A stretch of 64,000 nucleotides of DNA from the human T2T-CHM13v2.0 reference genome, Homo sapiens, in the NCBI RefSeq assembly GCF_009914755.1, contig NC_060928.1. One strand, 5' to 3'. Position numbers and translations under genes: made by a program. Position 1 is the stretch's first letter. Each line of letters begins with the position of its first letter. The notes below the pieces were generated by a model, which searched no databases, was not told the origin of the DNA, and was given only the letters and a program-made list of their open reading frames with translations. This document shows positions 12,900 to 30,873 of this stretch, piece by piece.

Positions 12900-13660
12900 T
12901 CAGCACATGGAAAGTTAGGCCTAAAGGGATTTAAAAATTATTTTGTTCAACTCCTCTCTTCTATTACAAATGAGGAAACTGAGGCACCAAGGAATTAAAT
13001 ACAGTACAAGTCACTCTGCAAGAGATGTGGGAAAATAATGGAGAATTAAGGCAAGTAACTAGAAATTAGGGACATGGATTTCAGATAAAAAATAAGCAAA
13101 AAAAATGCTGCTAATATATACTAATAATGTATAGAAATACACAGCTAATAATAAAATATAGCACTACTAATAAAAATATACAGCTAATAATAATGGCAGC
13201 TACCAGTAACCGAAGATACACCGTAGGCCAAGCACTGTGCATCTCTTTGAAGGCCCATGCTGACTCGTTAGGGTATGTATTATTATTCCCATTCCTGTCC
13301 CTAGTAATTTGCCCAAGAGCTGCCACCAAGTGGCAGGAAGCAGGTCCCAGCTCTGTTTCCCTGACTCGGAAGGAAGCATTTTTCCACTGCACCACACTGC
13401 CTCCCAGCTACCTGGTGATAAAAAGCAAGGCATGCCAACCAAGCTCCCACTGAAGAACCTACTCCATTAAAACAAAAACCAATCATCTACTAACTTCGTT
13501 TGAAACTGATTAAAAGAGTCATCCCAATTACTAAAATTGTGTGACCTGGGACAAATCAAGTGACCACTTTAGAACTCGATTAACTCAGCTGTCAAAAAAG
13601 GGCAACAGACAAGATGATCTCTAAAGTCTCTTTCAGTTTTAATATCCTAGGATTCTAATT
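12900..13660. mobile_element. Cluster of MIR/MIR3 fragments
   Basis: ATTACAAATGAGGAAACTGAGGCAC at ~12963; further MIR-like pieces at ~13190-13400 and ~13530-13660. Confidence 0.6.
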
Positions 13661-15014
13661 TCCACTGTCCACTTTTCATTCTTCCATATGTAATAAAAAT
13701 AGGAAGAGTACAAATTTCAAAAAGAAGTAGAACCCATTTTGATCTTATTAAAAATATGTTTCCAAAGCATAATTTTAGGGCCAATAAAATCCTTTATGTG
13801 AATTAAGTTTAAAATGGTCATAAAAAATGAAAATAATAGATTAACTAAACTATTTAACAATTATTTTAAACTAACATGTAATACAAAAAACTGATTTAAC
13901 AGATTATTTGAAATACAATGGTACTATAAGATGATATGGGTGAATAAATATTATGTTTGACTTAAGGTTAAAAAATAATAGTAATAATAAACAAGTGCCC
14001 TCTTAGTTAACAAGGAATACGTTTTATTTAAGTAGATTGTAATGCCTGGTCAAAAAATATATATTTATTAATTCCAAACTACTAATGCTATAACTTCAAC
14101 TTTTCTTTTTTAGCAATTATTGACTAAATTGTAATTTTTGCTTACATTATTTTCATAGAATATTGTGTAATATACACATTAAATGAAAGCATGTGTTAAA
14201 TATTCAGGCTAAACATGGTAGTCCCCATTAAATCTTAGATCTTAGTAGGTTTTTCCTTTTTGAAAAGAAATCGAATTCTGGAATGCTTTCCCATCACTGC
14301 TGTTAATACAGGCCAAAAGAGGTATCCCATGACAAGCATTTCTGTAGTTGTACCTTAAATCTTCCAAGAAAGGAGCCTAAGGTATCTCATATGTTGAAAA
14401 GAAATAGATATTAAGATAAAAAGGAAATAGAGATTTAAAAAAAACTAAACTAAGTCACATTATGAAATGGAAATTTAAAAATCCTTACCTGGAGTTTTCT
14501 AAAAATAAAATGCTTTGTACTGGGTAAGAATAGACACAGAACACCAAACAAAATGCCTCTTCGTGGTGTGATTCTTTGAGTTTTTAGTATTTTTTTAAGT
14601 CCACATTTTTCTAGTCAAAATCTTTAGCAATATGAGACATATTGCCTGAAGAGGGCACCCTTTCCTTTAACACCAAAATCTATTTGCTAAACCCCTAATA
14701 TGTAAACAAACCTGTGGGATAAAAGCACTATATCAACTTCATTTTCAGTAGCAACGCTGTTCCAAATTAAGTTAAATTTTTAGTCAAATATACATATATA
14801 AGCGTATATTATTTATATAAATAATACAGCTTCAAGCATGAGAAGAAAAATGACTCCTGTATGCCCAGGACTAAATTTAGGAAATAGAAACATTCCAGTA
14901 ACTTGGAGGTTTCCATATGCTTCTCCCAGTGTACCTTCGTCTCTCATCCTTAAGGGAATCACTTTTCTGAATTTTGTCTTTACAATTCCCTTGCCTTTCT
15001 TTATAGCTTTGGGG

Positions 15015-15330
15015 TTTGTTTGTTTGTTTGTTTGTTTTGAGATAGCTGGAGTTCACTGATGTGATCTCAGCTCACTGCAGCCTCTGCCTCCTGGGTTCAA
15101 GCAATTTTCGCGCTTTAGCCTCCAGAGTAGCTGGGATTACAGGTGTGAGCCACCTCGCCTGGCTAATTTTTGTATTTTTAGTAGAAACAGGGTTTCGCCA
15201 TGTTGGCCAGGCTGGTCTCAAACTCCTGACCTAAAGCAATCTGCCTGCCTGAGCCTCCCAAAGTGCGGGGATTACCAGTGCAGGGATTACAGGCTTCCCA
15301 AAGTGCTGGGATTACAGGCCGCCTCTGGCC
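15015..15330 (-). mobile_element. Alu with rearranged 5' end
   Basis: Antisense Alu; three copies of AGTGC(G/A/T)GGGATTAC at 15262-15315. Confidence 0.88.
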
Positions 15331-15637
15331 TCTTTATAGTTTTATTAGCTATATATTGTTTAATTTTGCCTTCTTTAACCTTACTATAACTGTATCAGGC
15401 TGTATGAATTCTTCTGTGACTTCCTTTTCCAATCATACTGATACATGTATCACACTGATACTGGTACATGCATTTTTGGCACTGTGCAGTGTTCCATTCT
15501 ATGACTATAACAGAAATTTTTACTTATTACCTATGTTTCCATGGTAGACTTTTTGTTTTGTTGCTGTTACAGGTAACACTGCTGTGAACTGTTATGCATG
15601 AGCCTGGCAGCACATATACACAACAGTTCCTTTAAGA

Positions 15638-15939
15638 CAGAGATGGGCAAAGCATGACTCCCACAGGACGAACCCAGCCCACTGCCTGTTTTGGTATGGC
15701 CCACAGCTAAGAGTAACTTTTACATTTTAAACGGGTGTAAAAAAAGAAAAAGGAAGAGAAGAATGTTTTGTGACATGTGAAAATTATATGAAATCTAAAT
15801 TTCAGTATCCACAAATGAAGTTCCATTGAACACAAACACACCTAGTCACTTACATGTTGTCTATGGCACAGATCTCTGGAAGCCCAAAACTTTTATAACA
15901 CTATCTCAGCTTTTACAGAAAATGTTTGCAGATCCCTGC
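15638..15939. mobile_element. MER58B (hAT-Charlie)
   Basis: CAGCCCACTGCCTGTTTTGGTATGGCCC...GAAAATTATATGAAATCTAAATTTCAGT...TTTACAGAAAATGTTTGCAGATCCCTG. Confidence 0.8.
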
Positions 15940-16923
15940 TGTAGGTTAAAAATGCCCTAAGATGGACATTTGTGTTTCAGGTGTAGAGGGGAGAGTGAGT
16001 GAACAGGGAGGGGGTCTTTTGTCTATTGGTCTCCCTGGACTGAAGAGAGGGAGAATAGAAACCAAACACTAGGATTCTCAAAATGGTTTATTACCCAGAA
16101 CTCTCTGTCTGGGTCAGTCAAGAACCATTTCCAAACAAGGAGATGGAGGGAATTTTTAATTTTTAATTTTTTCTTTCCATCTTCTAAGAAGGTGTTGGTA
16201 CTCTGTTTCCCTGAATGTTGTTCTCTAGACTGGATTGATTTGTTTTCCTTGTGTCTTCAGTGCAGTTTTCTTCCTCAATGGTGTAGGTTGAGTGAATGCT
16301 GCCGTAGTGTGTGAGAGACTAGTGTCTCACCAGCTGGCACTTAAAGACATACAGTCACAGTAGCGTGACTGACACTCATAGACGTGCGGTGACAGTAGCA
16401 AGAGCAATCACAAAACTGTAATTTACTTACCAAATTTCTTCTTTTCCATTACCTCGCCTGCCTGTTTAGAGAAAGAGAAAGAATAATTTTAAAGGGATTT
16501 TGAGGTGTCTTTTTGGATCCTTATTGTTTCAAAGGGAATTTGGTGGGGCAGTGGGGAGGCAAACTCTTTTTAAATAAATTCCCTCTGAAAAAAAAAATCC
16601 AAAACACTGGCATCTGAGTAGGAATATGAAAATTACGCCTTTTCCAAAAATTAAGAAAAAATGTCTTTACAAAATAAGAATAATTTTTGAAAGGTAGAAC
16701 ACTCTTTTTTATTGGCAGTTTTGATAAGCAAGGCATAGATTTTACATTTTTGTCCTTGCTTCCACTGAAATGGGATAAACAAAAATAAAATACCATCTAT
16801 TCATGGAATGTTGTGTTAGCCAGTCTGAAACCCCATCCTAATTTTTATATAGCCATCTTTTAGCTCTTCCTTTGACAGAGCAGGCCTTGTTTGGAATTGT
16901 TCTGCTTCTGACTGTTAAATATC

Positions 16924-17846
<923 letters not shown>

Positions 17847-18139
17847 TGAGTTTCTTGCGCATTCCTCCTCTCTTTCCTTTGTTAAAATAGGTACATCAGC
17901 TGTGCAAATAGAGAAAAAAAAACAGTATTCCGCACCTGTGGCATTTATGTAAAGTTGCAGTTGTGTACTGCGGAAAATGCGGGCTTTTGTAACAACGTGA
18001 GCTTTACTAATGCACTCATGACAAGTACCCAGTGTATTTTAGCTATTTTAGTAGTATTTGTTCAATAAATATGCAAGCTATAAGGTAAAAACAAATAAAT
18101 AAATACCTGAGATGGAAATACCAAAACATGAAGTATGTG

Positions 18140-18822
18140 CTTTCTTTCTTTTTTCTTTTGAGACAGTGTCTCACTCTGTCACCCATGCTGGAGTGCAGTG
18201 GCGCCATCTTGCTCACTGCAGCCTCAACCTCCCGGGCTTAAGTGATTCTCCCACCTCCACCTCCTGAGTAACTGGGACCTCAGGGACATGCCACCATACC
18301 CAGCTAATTTTTGTTTTTTCGTTTTTTGGGGGGTTGTTTTGTTTTGTTTTTGTAGAGACAGGGCGATGTGGTTTGGCTGTGTCCTCACCCAAATCTCATC
18401 TTGAATTGTAGCTTCCATAATTCCTATGTGTTGTGGAAGTTACCCAGTGGGAGATAATTGAATCACGGGGGCATTTTCCCCATGCTCTTCTCATGGTAGT
18501 GAATAAGTCTCATGAGATCTGATGATTTTATTAGTGATTTCCCCTTTCACTTGACTCATGCCACCATGTAAGACGTGCCTTTTGTCTCCCGCCATGATTG
18601 TGAGGCTTCCCCAACCACGTGGAACTGTGAGTCCATTAAACCTCTTTTCCTTTATAAATTACCTAGTCTTGGGTATGTCTTTATCAACAGCTTGAGAACA
18701 GACTAATACAAAGGGTTTCACCATGTTGCCTGGGCTGGTCTCACATTTCTGGGCTCAAATGATGCTCCCACCTCAGCCTTCCAAAGTGCTGAGATTACAG
18801 GTGTGAGCCACCATGCCCAGCC
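18140..18822 (-). mobile_element. AluJ-like element split by a THE1 solo LTR
   Basis: Alu sequence stops at ...TAGAGACAGGG (18363) and resumes AAGGGTTTCACCATGTTGCC (18711). Confidence 0.88.
18364..18710 (+). mobile_element. THE1 solo LTR
   Basis: (C/T)GATGTGGTTTGGCTGTGTCC...GACTAATACA; TSD CAGGG/AAGGG. Confidence 0.9.
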
Positions 18823-19607
18823 CTGAACATTTTTTATTTCCCTTGTTTTCCAAAGTGACTCTACCCACATATATTCCCATCACCAGTGTATGAGCATTCT
18901 CAATGTTTTCGTGGTATATGCAGAAAAAACACATCAGCTATAGAAATAAAGAAACTACTCTTCTGTGTACCTAGGAGTTGTGGTGGAAATTTCCAACACT
19001 GTTTCTGTACCTGCAATAAACTATTAATAATAATTATGACTGTATGTTGGCTAATGTTGGATAACTTTCCTGAGTTCAAGCTCGTCAGTAGACAGGGTCC
19101 TGGAATGTTGATGTTGTCTAGACAATATCCTCTCACGATATTTGATCAAGGCCAAGCCCTGGGGTGCCCAGCTCCTCCATATAGAGGGATTTCATCTGGC
19201 TGAGCCCATCCATGGGCCCTACAAAACCAGGATGGTACCAAGTGAATTGAGTGTAACTGGTGCAACTTCCACGTGCTTGTGAATTTGTCCTGCAATCCCC
19301 TGCTCCTGAGACCTAAAATGAGCCCTAAAGCTTAATCCAGAGCTTATTTTCCAGGCCACTCTCATGATAACTGATGAGTCTTCATACAGCAAGTATGCCA
19401 ACAATTAATTTAGTATCTACTATGTGTTCTGTTCTAGGCTTTGAAAAGAAGGAAAACAGGCATCCATTAGAGAAAAAAGTGCCCAAAACTCAAACACTAT
19501 AATAAGGAAGCCCCTTTTATATTTAATACAAAATAATTACAGTGTATTAAGAAAGAAAATACTGGATTCAGTTAAGTGTGTCAGCGCTTTAACCTATTCT
19601 AATTCTA

Positions 19608-19940
<333 letters not shown>

Positions 19941-20671
19941 CATTGAGAGAAGGATAGTATTTAAAAGAGGTTAGGCTTATGGCAGTGGAAAACCCAATGT
20001 ATCTGGCACCTAGAAGGTATTTTTTTACCTCTTTGCTCTTTTATATGACAAAAATATTTTCTATAAATATCATGTAATAATTAGTCATATTTATTTTCTT
20101 GATTTTATAGTTTAACAATAAAAAAGATGAATATGATTCCATTGTAAAGGCATTTATTCAAACACACTAAAATGATTCACATAACAACTCAAATTTGCAT
20201 TTTACCTAACAAAATATTACACCTCATAGTTTCTACTATGTTTCATTGTTTTAACATTTAAACACCCATAAAAACTTGAAGTGATCATACAGAATGAAGG
20301 ACAAGAAGTAATTTGCATTTTGTTTCTTCTCTTTACAGTCGTGGTTTCATTACTGTTTATTTTGAATCTGCTATTTTAATGCAGGAATACTAATAACACA
20401 GGGCTTGGAGAGGTGAACTATGCCCAAAGTACCCTCTACTAATTATGAACTCTTACAATTTACCCTAGAGATGAAGGTGTGGGCTCCTGCAGCCTGTGTG
20501 TTGCCAGCTGTTTGTATAAATCTGGTAGTTCTCTTAATTAACTTTCATGTAGAATCCAACATTTATTAAAGAATTAGTAATAAAAATGTACTAAATTGAT
20601 GTTTACATAGATATAGCTACGGATACAGACAGAGCTAGAGACAGAAACAAATGATTAAAACTTAACAGTAA

Positions 20672-21195
20672 CTGCAGCACGTAGAAATGTGGTGCCCACA
20701 ATGATAATTACTAGCCACGTGGCAGCTATCAAGCACTTGAAAGGCAGCTAGTCTGAATTGAGACGTAATGGTAATGTAAAATACTCATAAGATTTCAAAG
20801 GCTTAATATGATTAAAAAGAATGTAAAATATTTGTTGTTTTAAGCTGCAAAACTCTAAGATAATTTGTTATCTAGCAATAGAAAACTAATACAGTAAAAA
20901 AAGAAGAAAATGAGATATTTCAAGATACTCATAAATTGGTTTTTTAGTATTCGCTTAATATTTATATTAGTTTTGATTAGCTTGGCCAATACTTAATTTT
21001 TAACAGACATTACTCATATAAAACAATTATTTTTAGATATGTACAATGTAAACAAAGATACGTTTTAGTTCTAGAGATGGATGGGTATTGATTGCATGAC
21101 AATGTGAATGTATTGAATGCCACAGAACTGCACATTTTTTTAAAAAGGTTAAAATGGTCAATTTAATATAACAAATTTTATTACAATAAAAAAGA
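20672..21195. mobile_element. MER3/MER33-like hAT fragment, MLT 3'-end fragment (~20830-20892) and L1M 3' end (~21060-21195)
   Basis: ACTAGCCACGTGGCAGCTATCAAGCACTTGAAAGG; TTTGTTATCTAGCAATAGAAAACTAATACA; GTTCTAGAGATGGATGG...AATGCCACAGAACTGCACA. Confidence 0.55.
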
Positions 21196-21863
21196 GATGT
21201 TTTAAATAGTTAAAAATTTTCAAAGAAAAAAATACTATGTGGCTGCATAATATGAATGAATAGGCATTAGTGCAAGAAAAGTTTTTTTTTATTCTTACTG
21301 TTCCAGAAAGCCTTTATGGCTTAAAAGATGGCTGTAGAATTAATAACCAAATTATGAACTATTTGGTGGCTGTATAAGTTGTTCTTTTACAAAAACCTTT
21401 GAAATAACAGCTTGCCTGTCTGTCTCAAAGTCCAACACTTTCATCCAAAAGAAAGTCTTTAACATCTGAAAGACAAGTGTGGTTATGTATGAGAATAGGT
21501 ATCATGTGTAATAATGTAAAACTCTAGGAGAAAAATCCCTTACAAAGAGTAGTCCATTCACTTTCTTTAACGTAAAATGAATATTTTAAAATAGGATGCT
21601 AGAAACATGCTATATATGAGGTGAATATTAATGAAAACTTCAGATATGTGAATTACTGATGAGGGCAAAATATCTGCAGTTTGAATATATAAAAAATCTG
21701 TAGGTGAGCTCAATGCACAGCTATGTGCTAGTGTTCTCCACTTTATCTAGCCAAGCCAGTGTTCCCCACGCTTTGCTGACCATCAGAATCAGAACTGAAC
21801 ATCTTGACAAATGCCTAAGCTGTACCCCATAAAGTCCAAAGGTCTCACCATAGCTCAGGCTTT

Positions 21864-21865
<2 letters not shown>

Positions 21866-21923
<58 letters not shown>

Positions 21924-21932
21924 AACAGAGAG
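21866..21932. repeat. Compound (GT)n(GA)n microsatellite within a MER5-like remnant
   Basis: Direct. Confidence 0.92.
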
Positions 21933-22089
21933 ATCCGGGTTGGCGGGACGGTTCTTTGTCTATTTGTTTTTAAAAGTCCCCAGGTAATTTTAAACTAGGA
22001 AGCCAATGGCTTTTTTTCTGTCGGCTGGAAATCCCAAGAAAATACCTGGGATTTGTGTATTCTTCATTCCTATGGTAATTTCTGAACTT

Positions 22090-22401
22090 TCTTTTTTGTT
22101 TCTTGTTTTTTGTTTTTTTTTTGAGATGGAGTCTCGCTTTATCTCCAGGCTGAAGCGCAGTGGCCCGATCTCAGCTCATCGCAACCTCCACCTCCCAGGT
22201 TCAAGCAATTCTCCTGCCTCAGCCTCCTGAGTAGCTGAGACTACAGGCATGCACCACCACACCCAGCTAATTTTTGTATTTTTAGTAGAGACAGGGTTTC
22301 ACCACGTTGGCCAGGATGATCTCAATCTCCTGACCTTGTGATCCGCCCGCCTGGACCTCCCAAAGTGCTGGGATTACAGGCGTGAGCCACTGTGCCTGGC
22401 C
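22090..22401 (-). mobile_element. AluS
   Basis: TSD AATTT(C/A)TGAACTTTC. Confidence 0.92.
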
Positions 22402-22923
22402 AATTTATGAACTTTCTTACTTTCTTCTTGGAAGCATTTGAGAAAGCTGACAATTTGTCCTTGAAACACTCGACCCACTTGGCTTCCAAGACACCACACT
22501 CTCTGTTTTTCTCCTACAGTTCTGGCTGTGCCTTCTCAGGTACCTCTAAACTTTGGGGTGCCCCAGACTTCAACTCTTGAATAAAGACCAAGTGGGCCAA
22601 ATTAATGTGCAGCCCATTTGACTTCACCTCACAGCCTCTTCTTCAATACAGATTTTTTTGTTTTATATTTTTGAATGAAAGTTATACACGTCCATAATTT
22701 AAAGAGTTACATAATTCTAAAAGGCTTGTTAAGAAAAATGGCAGCTCTACAACTTCGCCATTTCCAATAATGCAACTACATTTCATTCTTTTCAACCAAT
22801 TCTTTTGTATTTCCCTCAATAGTTCTGAAGAACATTCCTATATAGATATGCCTTGGTGTTTGTTTGTTTGTTTGTTTGTTTTACTTTTAAACACTTATTT
22901 CCCACTGTAGAGATGATTTTACT

Positions 22924-23510
<587 letters not shown>

Positions 23511-23549
23511 TGATTTTACATTTTAAAAAATACGTCTAGACACAGACAC

Positions 23550-25690
<2,141 letters not shown>

Positions 25691-25986
25691 GATGCAAAGC
25701 CTCAATCCAGGTTTTACCATTAATAAAACTAATATTTAATGTTTATCCATCAGATTGATTCTGTGATTTGGGGTTGTTAATTTACTTTTCTGAGCCTTTT
25801 TAAAAATTCTACCTCTCTTGTTCATTACAATCTCTTGTATCTGTGTATTAGATATACCATTAATGTTACATAAAATTAACCATTCAATGTTTTAGCAAAT
25901 TCTTGTGAAAAACATTTTAAAGGGTATTTTTATGGTTGAACACGGAATTTTTTTCTCCATTACTAAAACTAAAAACTAATACACAC

Positions 25987-26329
25987 TGCTATGGACTGAA
26001 TGCTTGTGTCCTCCCAAATTCATATGTTGAAATCCTAACCACCAAGATGATGATATTAGAAGTGGGGCCTTCGGGAGGTGATTGGGTCATGGGAGTAGAG
26101 CCCGCATGGATGGAATTAGTGCCCTTATATATGACGTCAAAAAGAGTCCCCTCACTCCTCCACCATTTGAGGACACAGTGAGAAGGTAGCCCTCAGCAGA
26201 CAGTGAATCAGCTGGCACTTTGATTTTGGACTTCCCAGCCTCCAGAACTGTGAGAAATAAATTTTTTGTTGTTTATAAGCTACTCCAGTTTATGATATTT
26301 TGTTATAGCTGCCTGAATGGACTAAGACA
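25987..26329 (+). mobile_element. MaLR solo LTR (MLT1A/MSTD-like)
   Basis: TGCTATGGACTGAATGCTTGTGTCC...GGACTTCCCAGCCTCCAGAACTGTGAGAAATAAA...ACTAAGACA; TSD CACAC/CATAC. Confidence 0.85.
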
Positions 26330-26829
26330 CATACATTAAAATGTTAACTGAGCATTAAGACACAAAGATATGGAACAGGATATTTGACATACAGGAATGA
26401 CTAAACTTATTGAAAACCTTTAATTATTTAGATGTCCAACTATATAATCACCTAAACCTTTAATTTCAAAATGAGCCTGTCTACAGCAAATTATATTTGT
26501 CAAACTACATTTTAATAAGATCTTATCAAGTCAAATGATGACACTATTTTTTAGAATGTGATAATGACAGGTACTCGAGAATTTTCTGCTTTCTCCAGGT
26601 CTTTATCTTTGTGCTAGTCAGAGAACATTTTGTAAGGCAAAATATGAAAACTGTAATGGTAAAAACTTTAAACTTATTTTATGTACATCATGTCTGAAGT
26701 TTGTTGAAAAACAATTGGTTTTCTTAACATTAAGAGGGGGCTAAGAACCCTGATTATCCCTTACAAAGGACAAAGGGTGGATGTACAATCCTCTTACAGG
26801 AAGGATGCCTGTCATCTGAAACCATCATA

Positions 26830-26864
26830 CCCCCCCCCGCCCCCACACACACACACGCACACAC

Positions 26865-26896
<32 letters not shown>
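26830..26896. repeat. Compound Cn/(CA)n/(GA)n microsatellite
   Basis: Direct. Confidence 0.9.
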
Positions 26897-26899
<3 letters not shown>

Positions 26900-27004
26900 T
26901 TGAGTACTTAAATCATTGAAAAAAATGGGATTAGAAAGAAGTTGAATACCAGTTAGTATGGGAAAGTCTACAGGTTTAAAATTCTTTTTTCTTGACTTAA
27001 ACAC

Positions 27005-27400
27005 TGTATTTGTACATTATCACACTGCTGTAAAGAAATACCTGAGACCGAGTAATTAATTTATGAAGAAAAGGGGTTTAATTGGCTCACAGTTCCACAG
27101 GCTCTACAGAAAGCATGTCTGGGGAGGCCACAGGAAACTTACAACCATGGCAGAAGGTAAAGAGGAAGGTGAAGAGGAAGGCGGCATGTGTTCATGTGAC
27201 CACAGCAGGAAGAAGAAAGGAGAGGTGCTACACACTTTTAAACAATCAGATCTTGTGATAACTCACTCACTATAATGAGAATAGGACCAAAGGGAAATCC
27301 ACCCCATGATCTAATCACCTCCAACCAGGCTTCAACTCCAACATAGGGGATTACAATATGACATGAGATTTGGGCAGGGACACAGACACAAACCGTATCA
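27005..27400 (-). mobile_element. MSTA-like MaLR solo LTR
   Basis: Perfect 5-bp TSD AACAC (27000-27004, 27401-27405); MST motifs. Confidence 0.88.
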
Positions 27401-28352
27401 AACACAATGTTCCTTTAAGAATTTAAGGCTGTATGATCCACCTTAAATTATGACTTGTGGGTTATCTTTGACACATAAGTTTATTTGAGGCCAGTATTTC
27501 TTTTAAGAGTACACCTAGGTCTCCTATGTAATATCGTTCACTTTAGGAAATACAGACCATATTCCATATGAATGCGGGTGCAATTAGAAACGACAGAGGT
27601 GAGAAGGTGGTAGATCAAGGTAATTTTGATGAAAAAGAACAACACAATGGATCAGGCAGCTTCATCTGGAGCACAGCAGTTTACACAGTGGCTGCCCAAA
27701 CAGGCTAAATATTCAGTTTTCAAAACAGTGATGTTTCAGAAACATCAGGAATTATGTGGTGCTCAGGAAACAAAACAAAACAAAACAAATATCCAACTTT
27801 CCCTTCCTGCGAAGTCTCTTAAATTTAACTCTTTGTAGAGGTGCTTCTTTTAAAAAAAAAAAAAAAAAAAAGGGTCAGGCTCAGTCCCAAGCTGGAATGA
27901 GTATACTAGCACTTTAGAGGGTGCTGAAGTTTTCAAACACAAATCTCTTACACAGTTTTATCCTCACACATTCTGAGGATGTGGTCAGGGCATCTCTCTG
28001 ACCAAGGCAGAAACTAAAGCACAGGGCAATTCAGTGACAGTGCTTCTCTAGCTCACCAGCAACTTCATACCTGGTTAATCACCCAAATGCCGCAGGCAAA
28101 AGGACACAATGATGCTTAACTGAACGCCAACCCCCTAATGAGAATGAATGACTCCTGCCCTGAGATCTAGGGACAGGTGGTGAGGTGTGCTGGACAACTG
28201 GGCACTGGCAGGAGGAAAAAGAGCAGAGGAAATTGGAGCCAAGGATCACAGACCAGCTCTGGTGTCGAACTTTTAGTATTAGAAGGCCTAGTGGTAGTTT
28301 AAGTGCAAAGAATTATTAAAATTAGTAATGAGAGAAAAATCAGACAATTTCA

Positions 28353-28693
<341 letters not shown>

Positions 28694-29229
28694 AAAATAG
28701 GCATAAATAATAGATATTTTAAATTTTTACTGAGAAAGATCATTAAACTCCAGATGGTCTGCCAAAAAAGATTTGTTGGTGGTGTACTTTGAGTTTATGG
28801 CCAGTAATGAGTACACTGATAAAGTCTACTGGCACATTATTTACTCATTTTCTCATCAGCCTTGAAATTGGGACACTGAGATAATGGTGATGAGACATTT
28901 TTCTTCAATAAATTCAGAAAGGTTCATTTGTTTTAGAGAAAAGGTTTGGTAGGTTTCATACCCGTGTCTTATATTATTATTATTTTCTATGTTTATTTTT
29001 TCTTTATGAGCATAAGGGACCCAGTGATTCATTCTTCAACAAATACTTACTGAACATCTATTACAAACCAAGCACTGTTCTAGGTGCTGAAGGCTGAGTT
29101 AGGAAAAAACAGCAGAAAAGACAGTCAATATTTTTTAAATCAAATTTTTAACAGCATGGGATGGAGTTTGAAGAAAAACAAAGTACGAGACGAGAGTGGT
29201 GAAGATCCCATTTTAGGTACAGTCAACAA

Positions 29230-30056
29230 GAGAGTCAATGGTATACTGGCGACAGTTCATCCTTATTCATGACAGCACACTCTTCAATTTTTAGGAATTG
29301 TGAGAGCAGGATGTTAAACACAGATATTAATAGGGTTTGGATCTTTGTCCCCGCCCAAATCTCATGTCAAATTGTAATCCCCAATGTTAAAGGTGAGGCC
29401 TGGTGGGAGGTGATTGGATCATGGTGAGGGGGGTGGATTTCCCCCTTGGTACTGTCCTCACAACAGTGAGTGTGTTCTCAGGAGATCTGGTTGTTTAAAA
29501 GTGTGTGGCACTTCCCCACTCTCTCTTCCTCCTGCTCAGCCCTTGTGAAGTGCCGGCTCCCTCTTCACCTTCCATCATTGTAAGTTTCCTGAGGTCCCCT
29601 CAGAAGCTGAGCAGGTGCTAGCATCATGCTTCCTTTAGAGCCTGCGGGACGTGAGCCACTTTTCATCATAAATTACCCAGTCTCAGGTATTTCTTTACAG
29701 CAGTGTGAGAACAATCTAATACTGCCATTATTGAAAATTAAATTATATAAACTTCAAAGTCAACATATTATATTAAAAACAAAGGTAATAAATACTCAAA
29801 CTCAGCATCCTCTATGTAGATTACTGACTATTACCATGATCTATGCCCTTTAAGTTATTTACATCTATGATACCTGTGTACTGGAAATATTATATAATGG
29901 TGTGCTGCTCCAATGTCTTCCCAACTCTGTGTTCAGTGATATCACATTGTAGCTTTAAATCGGCTATGACGGATGTATTTATACCATGGAAATTGGCAAA
30001 CACTATAAGTCAGGGCTTTTTATCCCAGGGAGCCAGTTGTTAAACATTTACCAGCA
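29230..30056. mobile_element. MER63-like hAT element interrupted by an MST solo LTR (~29328-29722, +), within L2 remnants
   Basis: Ends GAGCCAGTTGTTAAACATTTACCAGCA; MST motifs CCCAAATCTCATGTCAAATTGTAATCCCC...AATTACCCAGTCTCAGGTATTTC. Confidence 0.7.
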
Positions 30057-30339
30057 TTTTACGGAAGAGAGATCTTTCTGACGAGCTAGTATTTGAGCAG
30101 AAGCCTGAATTAAATGTGGGAATATCTTGGGGAGGGCAATGCAGATATAGGCCTTAGACCAGCACTTGCTTGACATGTTCGAGGATCAGCCCAGAGAACA
30201 GCATGGCTCTAGGTAGGTGAAGACAAATAAGATACCATTTCTGTCCTCCAGGAAGTCAGTCCAGTGAGGGAGAGACCATAAACAGAAAATGATAATGAAA
30301 TGAGCTTACAGAAAAGGCAGAAGGGAGTGGAACATGCTA

Positions 30340-30687
<348 letters not shown>

Positions 30688-30873
30688 TCAGCAAAATCCA
30701 GGCTGGGAAACCCTATAGGACAGACAATCTAGTTTCTTCAACAAATCAACTGCAAGGAAATTGAGGCAGAATCTGTAAAATAAAAGAGACCTCAAAGACA
30801 TATGAAGCCATGGGAAGATTATTTGGCGCCTGATTCAAGCAAACTGCAAAAAAATTATAAAATTAAGATTTAG

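Noticed and set aside
13110-13200. Degenerate AT-rich tandem repeat (CTAATAATAAAATATA-like)
   Set aside because: Low-complexity decay next to a MIR; not an array with spacers
20305-20345. Strong-looking splice acceptor TTTTGTTTCTTCTCTTTACAG in intergenic DNA
   Set aside because: No clear partner donor or ORF; such motifs occur by chance in AT-rich DNA
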